A stretch of 56,766 bases of DNA, filler included, from Diploschistes diacapsis (Eukaryota), in the NCBI GenBank assembly GCA_023645945.1. It is 4 parts of 4 records of this genome, joined end to end, with 100 filler letters (N's around TTAATTAATTAA, not from the genome) between each part and the next. Parts side by side here need not be neighbours in the genome. Positions count along the whole stretch, not along the records: positions 14,343 to 28,435 come from JALAIB010000616.1; positions 28,536 to 42,610 come from JALAIB010000617.1; 2 more parts are not named here. One strand, 5' to 3'. Numbering within the stretch: the first letter of the stretch is position 1; each line of letters begins with the position of its first letter. A program made the translations under genes and the position numbers. The notes beneath the pieces are model-generated. The model was not told the DNA's origin. It saw only the letters and a list, made by a program, of their open reading frames with translations, and made no database searches. Below, piece by piece: positions 25,093 to 37,334 of this stretch.

Positions 25093-27292
25093 CTAGGTAT
25101 AGCACCCCCCATCGACCTCACCGTTCGTCCCATTCGTCCCATTCGTCCCATTCGCCCCATTCGCCCCATTCCCCTCCCCATCCCCGCGCCGACCAGCCAA
25201 CCTCGACCTTTCATCCTTGGTCACAGGCACATCGATGGCCGGATTCTCCGCAAAAAAGTCCGCCGGCACGAGCTTCACCTCGAGACTCTCATACGGCATG
25301 ACCGGCCAGTCTTCGACGCGCGGGTTATGCGTTAGCCCGAACACGCTCCACACCACCAGATCCTCGTTCTCCACAGGATCTTTCCGCCCCGCCGCGTCCG
25401 CCACGCCGTCCACTTCCCGCTGGCTCTGCAGCGTGAAGCGCCCGCCCGCATATAGTTCGTCGTCGCGGTACTTGGTCACCCAGACGTGGTGCTGCGCGAA
25501 CTGGGCGCGCTTGGCTTGGATGGAGTCCGGGTGGGCGAGGAGGAGCTGCGTGGGCGGGGGAACGAACTTGTATGCTACCGGTTTGCTGCTGATGCGGTTC
25601 ATATGGGAGGGGTTGGTGATTTTAATGGTGCGATTGTGGTGCGGCGCAGCGTCCAGGTGGGTTGATATCGTAATGGGTTTCCGACTGATGTGGTAAAGAT
25701 TGCCGGCCGGGTTGGTGTCCGGGTGGATTTCTGCTCGGTGCGATTCCTCCACTACGACTGTGTTGTTGTGTCCGTCCACGGCTGGGTCGAGCCGCAGGCA
25801 AAAAATGTGCTGGTGGTTTTGCGCCAGGGCACCGGTTGATACGACTGTACCGTAGTTACTTGTCTTGCCAGCATCAATACTGACGACCGAAACGATGCCC
25901 GTCGCGCGTGCCTCGACCGAAATGGCGCCTGCGAGGTTGAATTTGTAGCTGAAAACGTATTCGTAGTTGGCGAGAGTAATGATGAATTGCACCACGAGCT
26001 CCCGATCTCGCGCCGACACGGCTCGGTTCGTTCGCCAATTGGTATGTTTCCAGATGAGGCCGTTATCTTGCTCGTGTAGGCAGACTACATTTGGCGAAAT
26101 CTCACCCCTGCCATCGTGTGTCAGCAATGCTGTCGAGAAGTAAGCAATCTCACCGAGGCAGTCACAGCCTAGCGTGAGGTTGTTCGCGCAGTGGCCAAGA
26201 CCGCCATCGCCAAAGTCAAACGCTTGCTTGCGTGGGAAAGGGGGTCGGGGATCGGCATAAGGCACAATCTGAGGGTATTAGTTTCTGTCACTGTCAAAAT
26301 AGGTTTAGTTCCATGATCGACCTACCATCTCACTTATTGAGAGCCGGTAAAGGATCGGCCGGCCGTCATAAGTAACGTCGTGAAGGGTAGCACCCTCCCT
26401 TGGGTTGAAGCCAACGCGGAATCTCCATTTCTGCCACTCTACCAAATGGCCCGTTACTTTAAAAGAGACACCCTCTGGCTGAACAATGTTCAAGGGTTTC
26501 AGATCCGTCCTCAACCGGTCTTTCAAGAATTCAGGGGCGTACTCTGCAGGCTGGCAATGATCGATTGCACGCTCGGAGCGAGTTTGATCGCGAAGACCAT
26601 CTTGCTTGCCGCCCGTAGCAAGTCGATCTACCCTGACAATCTCCCGCTTCCGCGCGTCCATAACCGGAATGATAGGCAGCGGGTAGGCATAAAAGTTGGA
26701 GTCCGGGTTGCCGGATGACTGATCCTGAGCGAAGCAAAGCCCTTGGAAGTAACGTCTATTCTCTTCATCTTGGTCGGGCCCGCCATACGGCCAAGGCTCG
26801 ATAATCACTTCGAAACCATTGGGAAGTTTCAATTTCTTGATCTCAGCTTGGAACAGGGACGATTGTTCGCAGACTTCTGTCAACGTTCGGAACTCGAATC
26901 TGTTTCGCCTGTCAGTAGGATAGCACAATCCTGGTGTATGTTGCTGACTCGGTGGCTCACACTGTTAGGCTTGCGTGGTGCGCTGTATCTATAATTTCAT
27001 GATATATCTGTTCTTTCTTCCCGATATCTACAGTAGACTCGTGGAATTCAAAACTTTTGTTTGGGCCGATGACGTCGAACTGGACCTTGGCAAGTCTAGG
27101 AGGACGAGGAGCACTTTCTTCTAATCTCCCACTGTGTTCCAATTCAAGAAACCGCTTTACCTTCTCTTTCGGCGGTTCCCGAAGATAGATTTCTCGAAAA
27201 TCGATCAACCTTCCGTCATGATAGTCGAGTATTACCTGACGAGCAATATCGATCTCGTCTAAGCTCAATGGATCAAAGGGATGTGCAGCCAT
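25093..27292 (-). CDS. Copper-containing (TPQ) amine oxidase, 3 exons, ~693 aa
   Basis: Starts MAAHPFDPLS. Introns 26900-26960 and 26269-26325 close in frame. TPQ motif TLANYEY, Cu ligands NHQHIF and GLTHNPRVEDWPVMP, and QAFDFGD. The tail has NG(A/T) repeats. Confidence 0.95.
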
Positions 27293-27336
27293 TACCACCG
27301 TATATATCTGCGTACAAGCACAAAGTAGTCTAGAAT

Positions 27337-27367
27337 AGGAAGAAGGAAGGAAGGAAGGAAGGAAGGA
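27337..27367. repeat. (GGAA)n microsatellite just upstream of the amine oxidase start
   Basis: Read directly. Confidence 0.8.
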
Positions 27368-28224
27368 TAATAATGCTTGTGAATATATGCAGCACAACAA
27401 AACAGAACAGCTGGACATGCAACAGTATCCAAAACTTTGAAAAGAATAAGGATAAAGTGAACAACGTAGCCACCTGTAACGGGTCCCAGAGGAAAGAAGT
27501 CGGAATCTCACAAGATATATCGATCTTCCCCTATCAGCGGTTACATCTTTCTCCTTGATGAAAATTGGCCCAAGAGATAGATGGACACGGTGCCCCTCCT
27601 TTCCGAGCAACCTACCTTTTCGGGCATGTACAGCCGCAAAGCGGTTGTGCTAGTCGAATAGATCAATCTCCTTTTGGGGCAGGCATACTGTCGTAGCGTT
27701 GCGATGTGTCTTGACTCGAGTCAATATACTCGGGAAGAAAAGATTGGAGAGTGATAGCAGGTCTTATCTATGTAAGAAGCATAACCGTAATCCCCAATTT
27801 CGCAGTAGCGTGGTGCTTGTCCAAAGCAAGTTGCGGGGAGGTCTTGACACCCATACAATGCTGCAGGACATATTCCAGGTGAAAGGACTGAGATGGCCAT
27901 ATGACTGCTTGGAGCATATAGGCATGCAGGGCAGGTATTAATGCAAGTACAGATCGGAATGTGAATAGCTAACTGTGTGTGGCTGAAAGCAACCCGCACC
28001 GCCACATAACACGCCATGTTACACATCTTGCCAGAGCTCACTGCGAGCCATTGCCGACCTAGACTGATCAAGTTGCGTCGGAACAGCTGCGACATAATGA
28101 CTGCCACTAGACGTGCCGGTAGCAGAAGCTCCATTCCTTATCGTCCATAAATTCACGCCCCTCAAGCGTATCTCAAGCTCCCAGCCCTCATATCACACCC
28201 CAGCCGCTGGCCCAACTAGCTAGA

Positions 28225-28435
28225 ATGTACCACCTTGCCAAATCCCTCTACCTGTACGCAACGAGCAAAGAAGGTACGCAAGGCACAGATCCCTCCTCTC
28301 TCACAACCAACTAACCCCCCTATCCTCCACTCAGAGTACTCCATCCTCCTCCTCGGCCTCGACAACGCCGGCAAAACCACCCTCCTGTCAACCATCAAAT
28401 CCATCTTCCTCCCCGACCACCCCCCTCCCCACAAC
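28225..28435 (+). CDS. ARL3: ARF-like small GTPase Arl3/ARFRP1, 5' part, truncated by the gap
   Basis: MYHLAKSLYLYATSKE, then intron 28274-28334, then EYSILLLGLDNAGKTTLL. It has the ARF P-loop and an aromatic residue at position 2 instead of Gly, as in Arl3/ARFRP1. Confidence 0.88.
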
Positions 28436-28535
28436 NNNNNNNNNNNNNNNNNNNNNNNNNNNNNNNNNNNNNNNNNNNNTTAATTAATTAANNNNNNNNN
28501 NNNNNNNNNNNNNNNNNNNNNNNNNNNNNNNNNNN
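28436..28535. other. Artificial contig spacer
   Basis: N44-TTAATTAATTAA-N44. Confidence 0.98.
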
Positions 28536-29974
28536 ATCGCCCCCAGCGCCCCAACCACACTCGCGCACCCATACCAATAGGCATGCCACCTCTTCAATCC
28601 CTTGAGCTCCGCAACCCACGTGCTCACCGTCGTCAGACACCCGCAGAATCCATCCTCCAGCCCCTGCAGCACTTGGCACCCCACCCTGCTCACACCCCCG
28701 ATCGGAACGCGCTGGAGGTCGTAGAAGGCCGCGAGGCAGAGCGTGCCGAGAATATTCACGGCGAAGGTACCGAGCGGGAACGACGGCAGGCGCGGGTTCA
28801 GGAGCAGCGAGAGGTAGAAGCGCAGCAGACAGCCAACTGGCGCAAAGACGAGTGCGAAGAGCGCGTCGCCGCGCCAGGACTCGCGGGCCCAGGAGCTCTG
28901 GGCCGGCGGCGTGGTTGGGCCGCCGGGCCTGTCGGGCGGGAAGATGGCCATTAGGATGGCGCCGGCCCATGCGAAGAGTGCCAGAAGGACCATGACGCGG
29001 TCGAGGAACTTTCTCATAAAGGGGTATGGCAGGGAGGGCATGATGGGGTCGAGGGCAAGGGCGAGGTGTGCGCCGGCCTGGAGCGCGCCGAGGCAGAGGG
29101 TGGGTGTTATAATGAGGGCGGCGAGGAGGGCGAGGAAGGAGAAGCCCGGGTTGCGGGGGAGTGGGATCATGCTTTGGCCTGGGGAGAGGGAGGAGGCGGG
29201 GGTGAGTGGCGCGGCGTTGCTGAGGGCGAGGAAGGCATCGCGCTGCCAGGAGGAGAAGGAGGTGAAGGAACCGCAGAAGCCGGTGGCGAGGCCGACGAAG
29301 AGGGGGATCGTCTTTTTGACGGCGCCGTGGCGCTTGCGGCGGGCCGTGGAGTCGAGGCGCTCGAGATCGGCCTTGTTGTTGGCTTTGCACCCAGTTCCTG
29401 GGGGGGTGCATTTGCTTCGCTCGCCCCATTCTTCGCGGAAGAGTTTGCGATCCTCGGCCAGGAAGCCCATTATCAGGCTGCCGCCAAAGTTGGCCCATAG
29501 AACGGTTTGGATGATTGGTGCGCCGGGATAGACGGTGAGGGCCTGGAGGCCGAGGCGGGCGAGAGTGCCAAGGAGGGAAAAGAAAATTAGGTGGCAGACT
29601 GTGTAAAGCTGCGTTGCGAACGCCGAGACACGATCTCGGCGACTAGGACTCGTGAGGGTCTCCTCGGGGGGCTTCTCGTTTGCAGGCCGGTCGATTGGGG
29701 GTGGAACGCCGATCTCGTTGAGATAGCCATAGTAGCTGGACGTGCGCGATTGCCCGTTATAAGAGTTTCGGCTTATATGACGCTCGAGGGTATCATGAAA
29801 TAAGGAAGGGCCGGTGCGGCCGTCATCGTTGTACAGAGCTCTCGACGATCGGGGAGATTGGCTCAAACTTTGTTCGAGAGAATCTGTGTGGTATAGTCGT
29901 GCTTCTCGCCGATTCTGTATTGGTGAGGGTACGGCTACTTCGTCTAGGTCAAGGAAGGCCTCCGGAAGTGCCAT
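28536..29974 (-). CDS. FEX1: Fluoride exporter FEX (two CrcB/Fluc domains), 3' end truncated by the gap
   Basis: Two Fluc repeats: GTLARLGL...ANFGGSLIMG...TGFCGSFTSFSSW and GCLLRFYL...GTFAVNILG...DGFCGCLTTVSTWVAEL. Confidence 0.92.
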
Positions 29975-30423
29975 GGAGACATCGGTATCCGTGGAATCGT
30001 TTGATTCTGAGCTCTCCTAGTGACTGGAAGTTAACTCTTAAAAGAGCCCTTTACAAATGGACCGTGAAGACGTGAGGCAGCATCAGAGTTCCGTGTTGCG
30101 GTCTACAAGATCATGGGGGGGCTGTTGTGCAAACTCACGTCATTTCCGCCTGTTCCGGTCTATCCAACGCATCTGGCACGTTACTTGTATCCGAGCTGTC
30201 CGCCGTCTGCAGAATCAAAGGAATCACAGGAGTAAGGAAGCAAACAAATACAAGAAACGATGGTTTTGCATGTCTATTAACTTCGTATCCTGAGGAGCAC
30301 AATGTTGTATCATCTCCTATCTAAGTAGATACCCTTTTGTTTCCTCTACTACCTATTTGAACACTAACAACGACATTATCACCATCCACCATCTTGACAG
30401 TGGGTCCACCTACTCAAGTCACA

Positions 30424-31243
30424 ATGACTTCAAGTGGAGCTAGTCCAATAAACGTACATGTCTCTACGCATCCGTGCGTCCGTGCGAAGCTATCGCAGCT
30501 TCGTTCTAAGAGCTGCGATGCAAGAGCTACAAAGCGATTGGTCCACGAGATTGCCAACATGCTCTGCTGTGATGCCTTGGCAGCATCCCTAACCATCAAG
30601 TCGAGAAGTCAAGTGAGGATTTGAGCTCTGCTCCGTGACCGAGACGGTGCTGACAGACTCCATAGGATGAGACGCCCTTGGGCTATGCTTATGATGTCGA
30701 AACCATAGAGCCTGGGCAGATATCGGTTGTGCCAATATTGCGCTCCGGCTTGGGGATGGTCGATGGTGAGCATGCAAACGACAGAATGGAACATACCATC
30801 TTTCCCCTGTTGTCGCCTTTCTCATACTAACTTTGCTGCCAGCACTGTCCAATCTACTTCCAGAGACCGTCCCAATCCACCATCTCGGTCTGTTCCGCGA
30901 ACCCACCACCCTGCAGCCGGTGGAGTACTACAACAACCTTCCATACCACTCCACACGTCCTTCCTTGACCCCGGAACCCCATCTAGCCATCGTCCTTGAT
31001 CCCATCATTGCAACGGGAGGAACATGTGCGGCAGCAATTCAGACGCTTCGAGAATGGGGCGTGTCCAAGGTAGTGGTTGTCAGCGTCTTGGGGACCGTTG
31101 AAGGTATCAAGAGGGCCGCGGAGGAGTGGGAAGAGGTAGAGATATGGGTGGGAGGTGTCGATAGCAAGCTCAACGAGAAAGGTATGATTGTGCCTGGAGT
31201 TGGCGACGTGGGTGACAGGCTTTTTGGAACAAAAGGAAAGTAA
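30424..31243 (+). CDS. Uracil phosphoribosyltransferase, 3 exons, ~229 aa
   Basis: Introns 30613-30665 and 30766-30842. Motifs HVSTHP..KLSQLR, ETPLG, VVPILRSGLGMVD, PRPP loop IVLDPIIATGGT and MIVPGVGDVGDRLFGT. Confidence 0.92.
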
Positions 31244-32149
31244 TACTATCCCTATCTGTTTTCATATCGGTCGATGCCCGCAGAGACGCCCCACAGAGTT
31301 GCGGCCCACTGCGGTGATGTCGATGGTTCCGCTAAAAGCTTGTTTCCGCCCCAGGCGGAACAGCTTCAGATGGCAAGATTCAGTAGCTGCAGCATAGAAT
31401 AAAGCAAAATACGGCATTACCACTACCCATGCCCTTGTACGCTGTGTAAAGATCTAGGTACATGCCGCGGATCAGCTCGCCGACCCGATGGAAACAGTGG
31501 TGGTCCTTGAAGAGTGACATTTGACGCACGCCAAGGCATGGAATCCTCAGCATCAGCTTCGCTGACTCGCTGCCTCGCACGAGTTGACAGAAAAGAAAAG
31601 GCTTGATGGAATCCTCCTGAGTCCTGCCACACGCCGGCTATGCCAGTTGTGTGGAGTCTCTCTTTACTTCTAATTTACTAATAATAGCTTTACTTCCTTG
31701 TTTCTTTTTATATTTCTCCCTCATGTGACGTTCATATATAGCATATTCAACTAGTATTTTGCCAGCCTTCTCGATTACTACCAAGGCTAGGACGGGAAGC
31801 GAATAGCAACTGAAGGTGCTGTGATTCGCTAGAAGAATAGTCGAGTTGTAGATAGAAGAACAAGGCAATTCTAACAACGTATATCCTTGCACGCACTTTT
31901 ACCTTGAGTAATAATTACTGTGCGGGATATCTCCATACTCAAGGCTTGCAACCTCTATCGCCGTTCAACCTGGTTCTCTCTCTCTCTCGGAACTCGCTTA
32001 GTTGAGATGCAGTGAAAAAGTCCAAAACCGAGCTCGGCACACGAAACAATTTCAACAACAGCCAAACAAAGAGGCCGATGGAACAATGTTACGCAGTGTA
32101 TATACCACTTGTACCCAGTCTAGATTACTATATGTTGGAAATAAGTGGA

Positions 32150-32880
32150 AGTTCCTAATGAATAACAAATGACTAAGATATATTCTAGAGCTAATCCTAA
32201 CTAGGAAATAATCCCTAGCCTGCATAGCCTGCTTAGCTGACTATTGTTCAGTAATGATATTGAAGATGATGAAGGAGATAACTATGAACAATGGGAAGTG
32301 AGGCCTTTTATAGGCATAATTCACGTTAATATAATTAGTAATAATTAGTTTTAAAATATTCTTTAACGTCAACGGAACACACCACAAAGCGGAATATTAT
32401 ATTATAAAATAATTGCGCTAGATCGAGCGGTTCCATATTTATACGAAATTAAATCTATTCTTAATTACACTACCCCGTTCTTCGGCCTTTAAGAAATACA
32501 CTTTACGAAAATACAGAGATTATATTCCGCTTTGTGGTATATTCCGTTATGTAATGAAACACGTTATCCTTTTAAAATATTCCATGTATAAATAAGCCGA
32601 ATATTCTAGAATGTTTTAAAATATTTTACAATCTTCAATAATCTTCGATAATCTTCGATGATATACTAGAAGCTTAGTAAGCAATCAGACTAACCTATTT
32701 AGGCTAATATTCTGACACTATACAGTGCTAGGCCAAAAGTAGTTAGGTGCCTCCCCATTTATCAAAAAGTCACTATTCTAGCTCTTTATATCTCCGCGAA
32801 AACGTTAAAAAAAAATAAAAAAAACTCAGTAGCTTTTTCAAGCTTTAAGTTATTCATTCTTATTATTTCTTGATCTCTTA
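32150..32880. mobile_element. AT-rich, TpA-rich RIP-like transposon relic region
   Basis: Visible drop in GC content with abundant TA, no long ORFs, an inverted repeat and a Tc1-like terminus. Confidence 0.65.
32366..32552. mobile_element. MITE-like element with ~27-32 bp terminal inverted repeats (Fot1/pogo-like)
   Basis: 32371-32397 AACGGAACACACCACAAAGCGGAATAT matches 32522-32548 ATATTCCGCTTTGTGGTATATTCCGTT as a reverse complement at 25/27. The left end reads TA|ACGT. Confidence 0.6.
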
Positions 32881-35270
32881 GCATTTCTGTGAGGGCCGTA
32901 AGACATCAACAACGACAAAAGTGAGGGTACAGTTGCCGCACCGTAACCGCGCGAAATTTGGTGGGGACCATTTTTCTTAATAGTTTACCCCCATCTTAGG
33001 CACTCGAGGAAAAGTCAAGAAAATGTCGGAAATAAAAAATCCTCCTGTATGTGTAATGCTTTTAAAGTGCTTTATAATGTTTTGTGTTTTCGATTTGGCA
33101 CATTGCTGGGGAAGATAGTTAGGTATAAAGTTGATCGATTTTGGTGAGAAATGGGGGGGAATTAGTAGACACTTCTTCATCACCTCGAAAAACATGGCGC
33201 TGTCAACAAAATGGTGGATTTCGTGGTACCAGTTATTCCCAGAACAAAGATTAGCACCGCGGTACTCAATGCCACACAAACAGAGGTCTTTTACAATATA
33301 TCAAAAGTAAGAGGACACGTTGAGCCTTCTTTCTTCAAACCACCCCTGCTTGTGTGGCGTTGACTAGCGGTGTGCTAACCTTTGTTCTGGGGGTAACTTC
33401 ATAGCAATATGCCAATAGCCTCTTGAGCAGACTCGAAGATGCTTGCTTCAATGCGACCATCCATGTGGGCGGGCGCAACTTGGCCAACCAGGAGGGTCAA
33501 CATCAGCGTTGTTGCATTATAATAGTACTACTGAGTACCGACCGGGATACAACTTGAACCCCCCTTTCACAAGTTCTCGTTTGCACCGCTGTTACCGCTG
33601 TTGGTTCTTCAATACCTACTGGCAACCAGTACAGCCGAAGGTCCTCCTGTCAGTATTCGTAAACGATTCATGGCTTCAAACAGCTTCAGGCTCAAATACG
33701 GGCTTCACGAACCTTGGATCCAAAATACGCATCGACAGAGGGGAAAAACATTGCGACACTACTGATGTGGTCTACTCCCTGTACGAAGTAATCCATGGGG
33801 CAGCAAAAGTGGGTGGGTCCTCATTGAGCTTGGGCAAGACATCGGACATAGCAAGTCTATCTCTTCCTCGTGCTGCTCAGATGCCAGCGATAACTACAAG
33901 CCTTTCCCTACGGAGCCATAGATCGAAGACCTCATTTGCAAAGGTAATCAATCTCTTTCCAACAGACATGATTCAAGCAGTACTGCGGAACAAAGCATGG
34001 AGACTCGGCAAAGCTAACACGCACAAACAAAAGCGTACTTGATCTCTACATATACCATGGCTGATAGCAGACAATATTTTCCATTCTACTGCCCGGTCTA
34101 AAACGGTTTTCAGTCCACCCCAACGTGGCATTTGGGACAGCGATTCTCGGGTTTCGGGAGTCCTTGTAGGACGCGGAATGATGACATAAAGTAACAACTG
34201 TACAAGAAATGGCATATCTTCTGGTTGAGGGAATGCGCATTTCCTTTGCCTTTATACCACGCTGTAGCAACCTCGTCCATCAGCTAATGATGACTTACGG
34301 AGATTATCGATAAACATCCGAAAGGGGAAGGAAACACTATGCCAACACAAGCCACATGGCAAAGCAAAGGTTCGATCGGATGATGACTATTCACTTGGCC
34401 TCGTGGAGTTGTGCCAATGGCTTGCGGCACGCAACGGCCCATTTTCTAGGGCAAGAGGCGTAATGCTGATCGCTCTCTTGCGAGTTATCCAGTGCAAGAT
34501 GCACGCTGCGCCGCGATTCTTGAGGTCGTCTTCAACCTCCTCTCACCGCTCACGCTGAAAAAAGTGACTCCACTACAGTGTCTTATCATGAACTAGAAAG
34601 GAGCTCTAGTGGTCTGGCTGTTTCAGGCCAGGATGATCCAGTGGCCGTGATCACCTTACCAGGCTAATGTTTTGCTCCAATCTCCATGATGGTTCTGGGA
34701 CAAGTGATGAGCTCATTTTGCTTACAGGCGCTACGCCCTGGAGCCATGGATCTAAAGGAACGGACGATTTCGCCTTAGGAGAAAGAGTACAGAGGTACTC
34801 TACTCTGTTCCTTTTGTTGTGTCAAGCTTTGATTATGCAACACTTGTGTCGCAAGCGTGGAGAAACGTGTGGCATAGCATAATAGCAGCGGCACGAGCAG
34901 TTCAGACTGCCGTTGCTAGCACCCATGCTGCTTTCTTATCTTCGGCTTTAATATTCCACGTAACTGAGAAACTAGGGTGTACCAAAAGCCTTTTGACTCT
35001 GGATCAAGTCCTAGCCCCAACAGGATCGTCCTTACTGCTCTTCTTGTCATCTCTTTTAAAGCATAGCGTCCCATTTCGTCGTGATCAGATCTCTCCTATT
35101 TTGTGACTTCGCTTTCTTTACGGACGATGCATTTTTTAAGATGCAGGCAATACCATCACGCACATCTCCCTCGATTCTGAACCTGGGTGTTTCCCGGCCT
35201 GTATCCCTCACCTCCTGGAGAGATCCGGCTTTGGAGGCTCCTTCGCTTTGATACGGTAGGACCGATCGAT

Positions 35271-36806
35271 ATGTCGACTCTGACTCATGGCCAACTGAAT
35301 GCTCTTACCATCACCGAGCGGGTCAACTCAAGTATATCTCTGCTGGGCATATTCTTCATTCTGATAACGTACACCTTCTATCCATTTTTCAACAAGCCGA
35401 TCAACCGCTTGATCTTCTTCGCGACATGGGCCAATCTGGGCACTTGCGTGGCTTCGCTAATCTCCATCGATGGTTTGGCAAATGCTTCGTTGTGCAGGTT
35501 CCAAGCGTTCTTGGTTCAGATGTGGGTAGTGCGGATGTGGTCTGGCGACCTGGAGACTGATCTTCGAGACAGGTTCCTTGGGGTCGACGCATACTGGGCG
35601 CTTTGCATGGCAATCAACGTATATCTCGCCTTCTTCAAGGGCTACACGGTTGAGCAGCTGCGCGCTCTCGATATGCGCTATCTATTGGCCTGCTATGGCC
35701 TGTCTTTTGTCCCTGCTTTCGTCTTCATCTTCATCAATTCGCCGTGGCCCATCTACGGGAACGCCGTCATTTGGTGCTGGGTGTCTTCAGAGTGGGTCTT
35801 TTTGCGTTTGATCGTACTGTACGCGATTGTATGGTAGGATCACCGACCTTCACTTTTGCCTGCTCCTGCTTTGCTTAGTCTCCAAATAGGGTTGCCCTGC
35901 TGCTTTCCCTCATCGTGTATATCATGGCCGCTCGAGTCATATACAAGAAGCGAGATCAACTTGAAGGGTTCCTCAACCCGTGGAACGAAAGCCCATTTAC
36001 CAACATCATTACCACGGAGATCAGAATCACTACCGAGGACAACGCGGTCCTCACCAGAGCCGGTCCGCGTGACGAAGGTCAGCCGGCCGGATTCGAGCTG
36101 GAGAACGAACCCAGCGCTACTGGCTACGCGGCGAATGTCGAAGTCGGCCACAAGCCTTCGCAAGGGATTGTGCCCGCTGCCTTGAACATCCGCAACGTAA
36201 CGCGCGATATAGCCTCCAACGAGGCAAACGCCGAGTCATGGCTCTATGCCCGTGTCGCTTTTCTCTTCTTCTTTGCTCTCGCCATTACCTGTGAGTGACC
36301 CAAGCCGTGATTCGTTCCTTTTTTTTTGCGGTGGATATTGGGGCTGCCTCTTTAATAACCTCGCCTCGTTTACCGCGATTTTCCGCTGCTGATACAGTGC
36401 AGGGATCCCTGCAAGTGCCAATCGCATCTACAACGTCATTCATCCTCACGGCACCAGCTTTTCTCTCAACTACCTCTCCTCCTTTGTCTTCCCGCTCCAG
36501 GGCTTCTGGAACGCCATCGTCTACATCTGGACGTCGCGCACCGCCTGCAGCAGCCTCTGGGCCAGTCTATGGGGTCGCAGTACCGGACTGGTGGGGGTTG
36601 GCTCCCGCCTCGGTTCGAGGAAGGGGTTCAAGATTGGCTCGCCGAGGGAAGATGCTTTCGGGCAGAGCCGCAGGGCGAGCCGGATCGGGAGGGGAAAGGG
36701 CATTGACGGAGACGTTGTTATGATTGGGACGGTGAACAGCAGGAGGGACAGGTACGTGAGTGTCGGCAGCAGTGGCGGGCGCTCGATCGGGAACGCTCGA
36801 CTGTGA
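35271..36806 (+). CDS. cAMP-receptor-like (Dictyostelium CAR-like) 7TM GPCR, 4 exons
   Basis: Introns 35522-35572, 35834-35889 and 36291-36402 close in frame. Motifs FNKPINRLIFFATWANL, CRFQAFLVQMF, WALCMAINVYL, YGNAVIWCWV, TWIPASANR and PLQGFWNAIVY. Confidence 0.9.
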
Positions 36807-37308
36807 CGAGGAAGATTAAAGGACATGACCATGTGGAAAGTGCTGCGCAGCAAGAACGAGCGCTCGGTTTTTTTCTGGGTGTTTCAAAAACGTCTTGAAC
36901 GAGTTTTCGTTGCTCAGCCTTTTCTCTTATTGCCTTACCTTGCTTTGCATTCGGTCGAATCGAGGCTTCAAAGTAGAGTAACACTGCCGACCACAAGTAG
37001 GCTTTGCCCTATTGCCCGGCATAGTTGCTCCGATGCGGGTAATATGGCTCATGTGGCGCTTGGGTTTTCGGGCCTCCTCCAAAGAACAATTGCCTTGTTC
37101 GCCACGGAGCTGTCGCAATCCCATTCCATCTGTTTCCGGGAGGCGGGGTTTTTGTACGGTGCGACGTAGATGTGCCTTCTGCAATCCATGGGCTCTTGCA
37201 GGTAGCTTGAGCTTTTGCGGATGGGATTGGTAATATGGGTTGGGCCGAGGTCGATGTGCGGAATGTCACTGTTTTCCGCCTCCGAGGCGACCCCTGTTAT
37301 CGCGTCTG

Positions 37309-37334
37309 GCAGATACAGATACAGATACAGATAC
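37309..37334. repeat. (CAGATA)x4 microsatellite
   Basis: Read directly. Confidence 0.8.

Noticed and set aside
33443..34042. 199-aa plus-strand ORF
   Set aside because: It has a non-ATG start and no motif, codon bias or splice support.
330..36806. Apparent cAMP signalling cluster (adenylate cyclase plus cAMP-receptor-like GPCR)
   Set aside because: The genes are on different contigs separated by artificial spacers, so the co-occurrence is not biological evidence.
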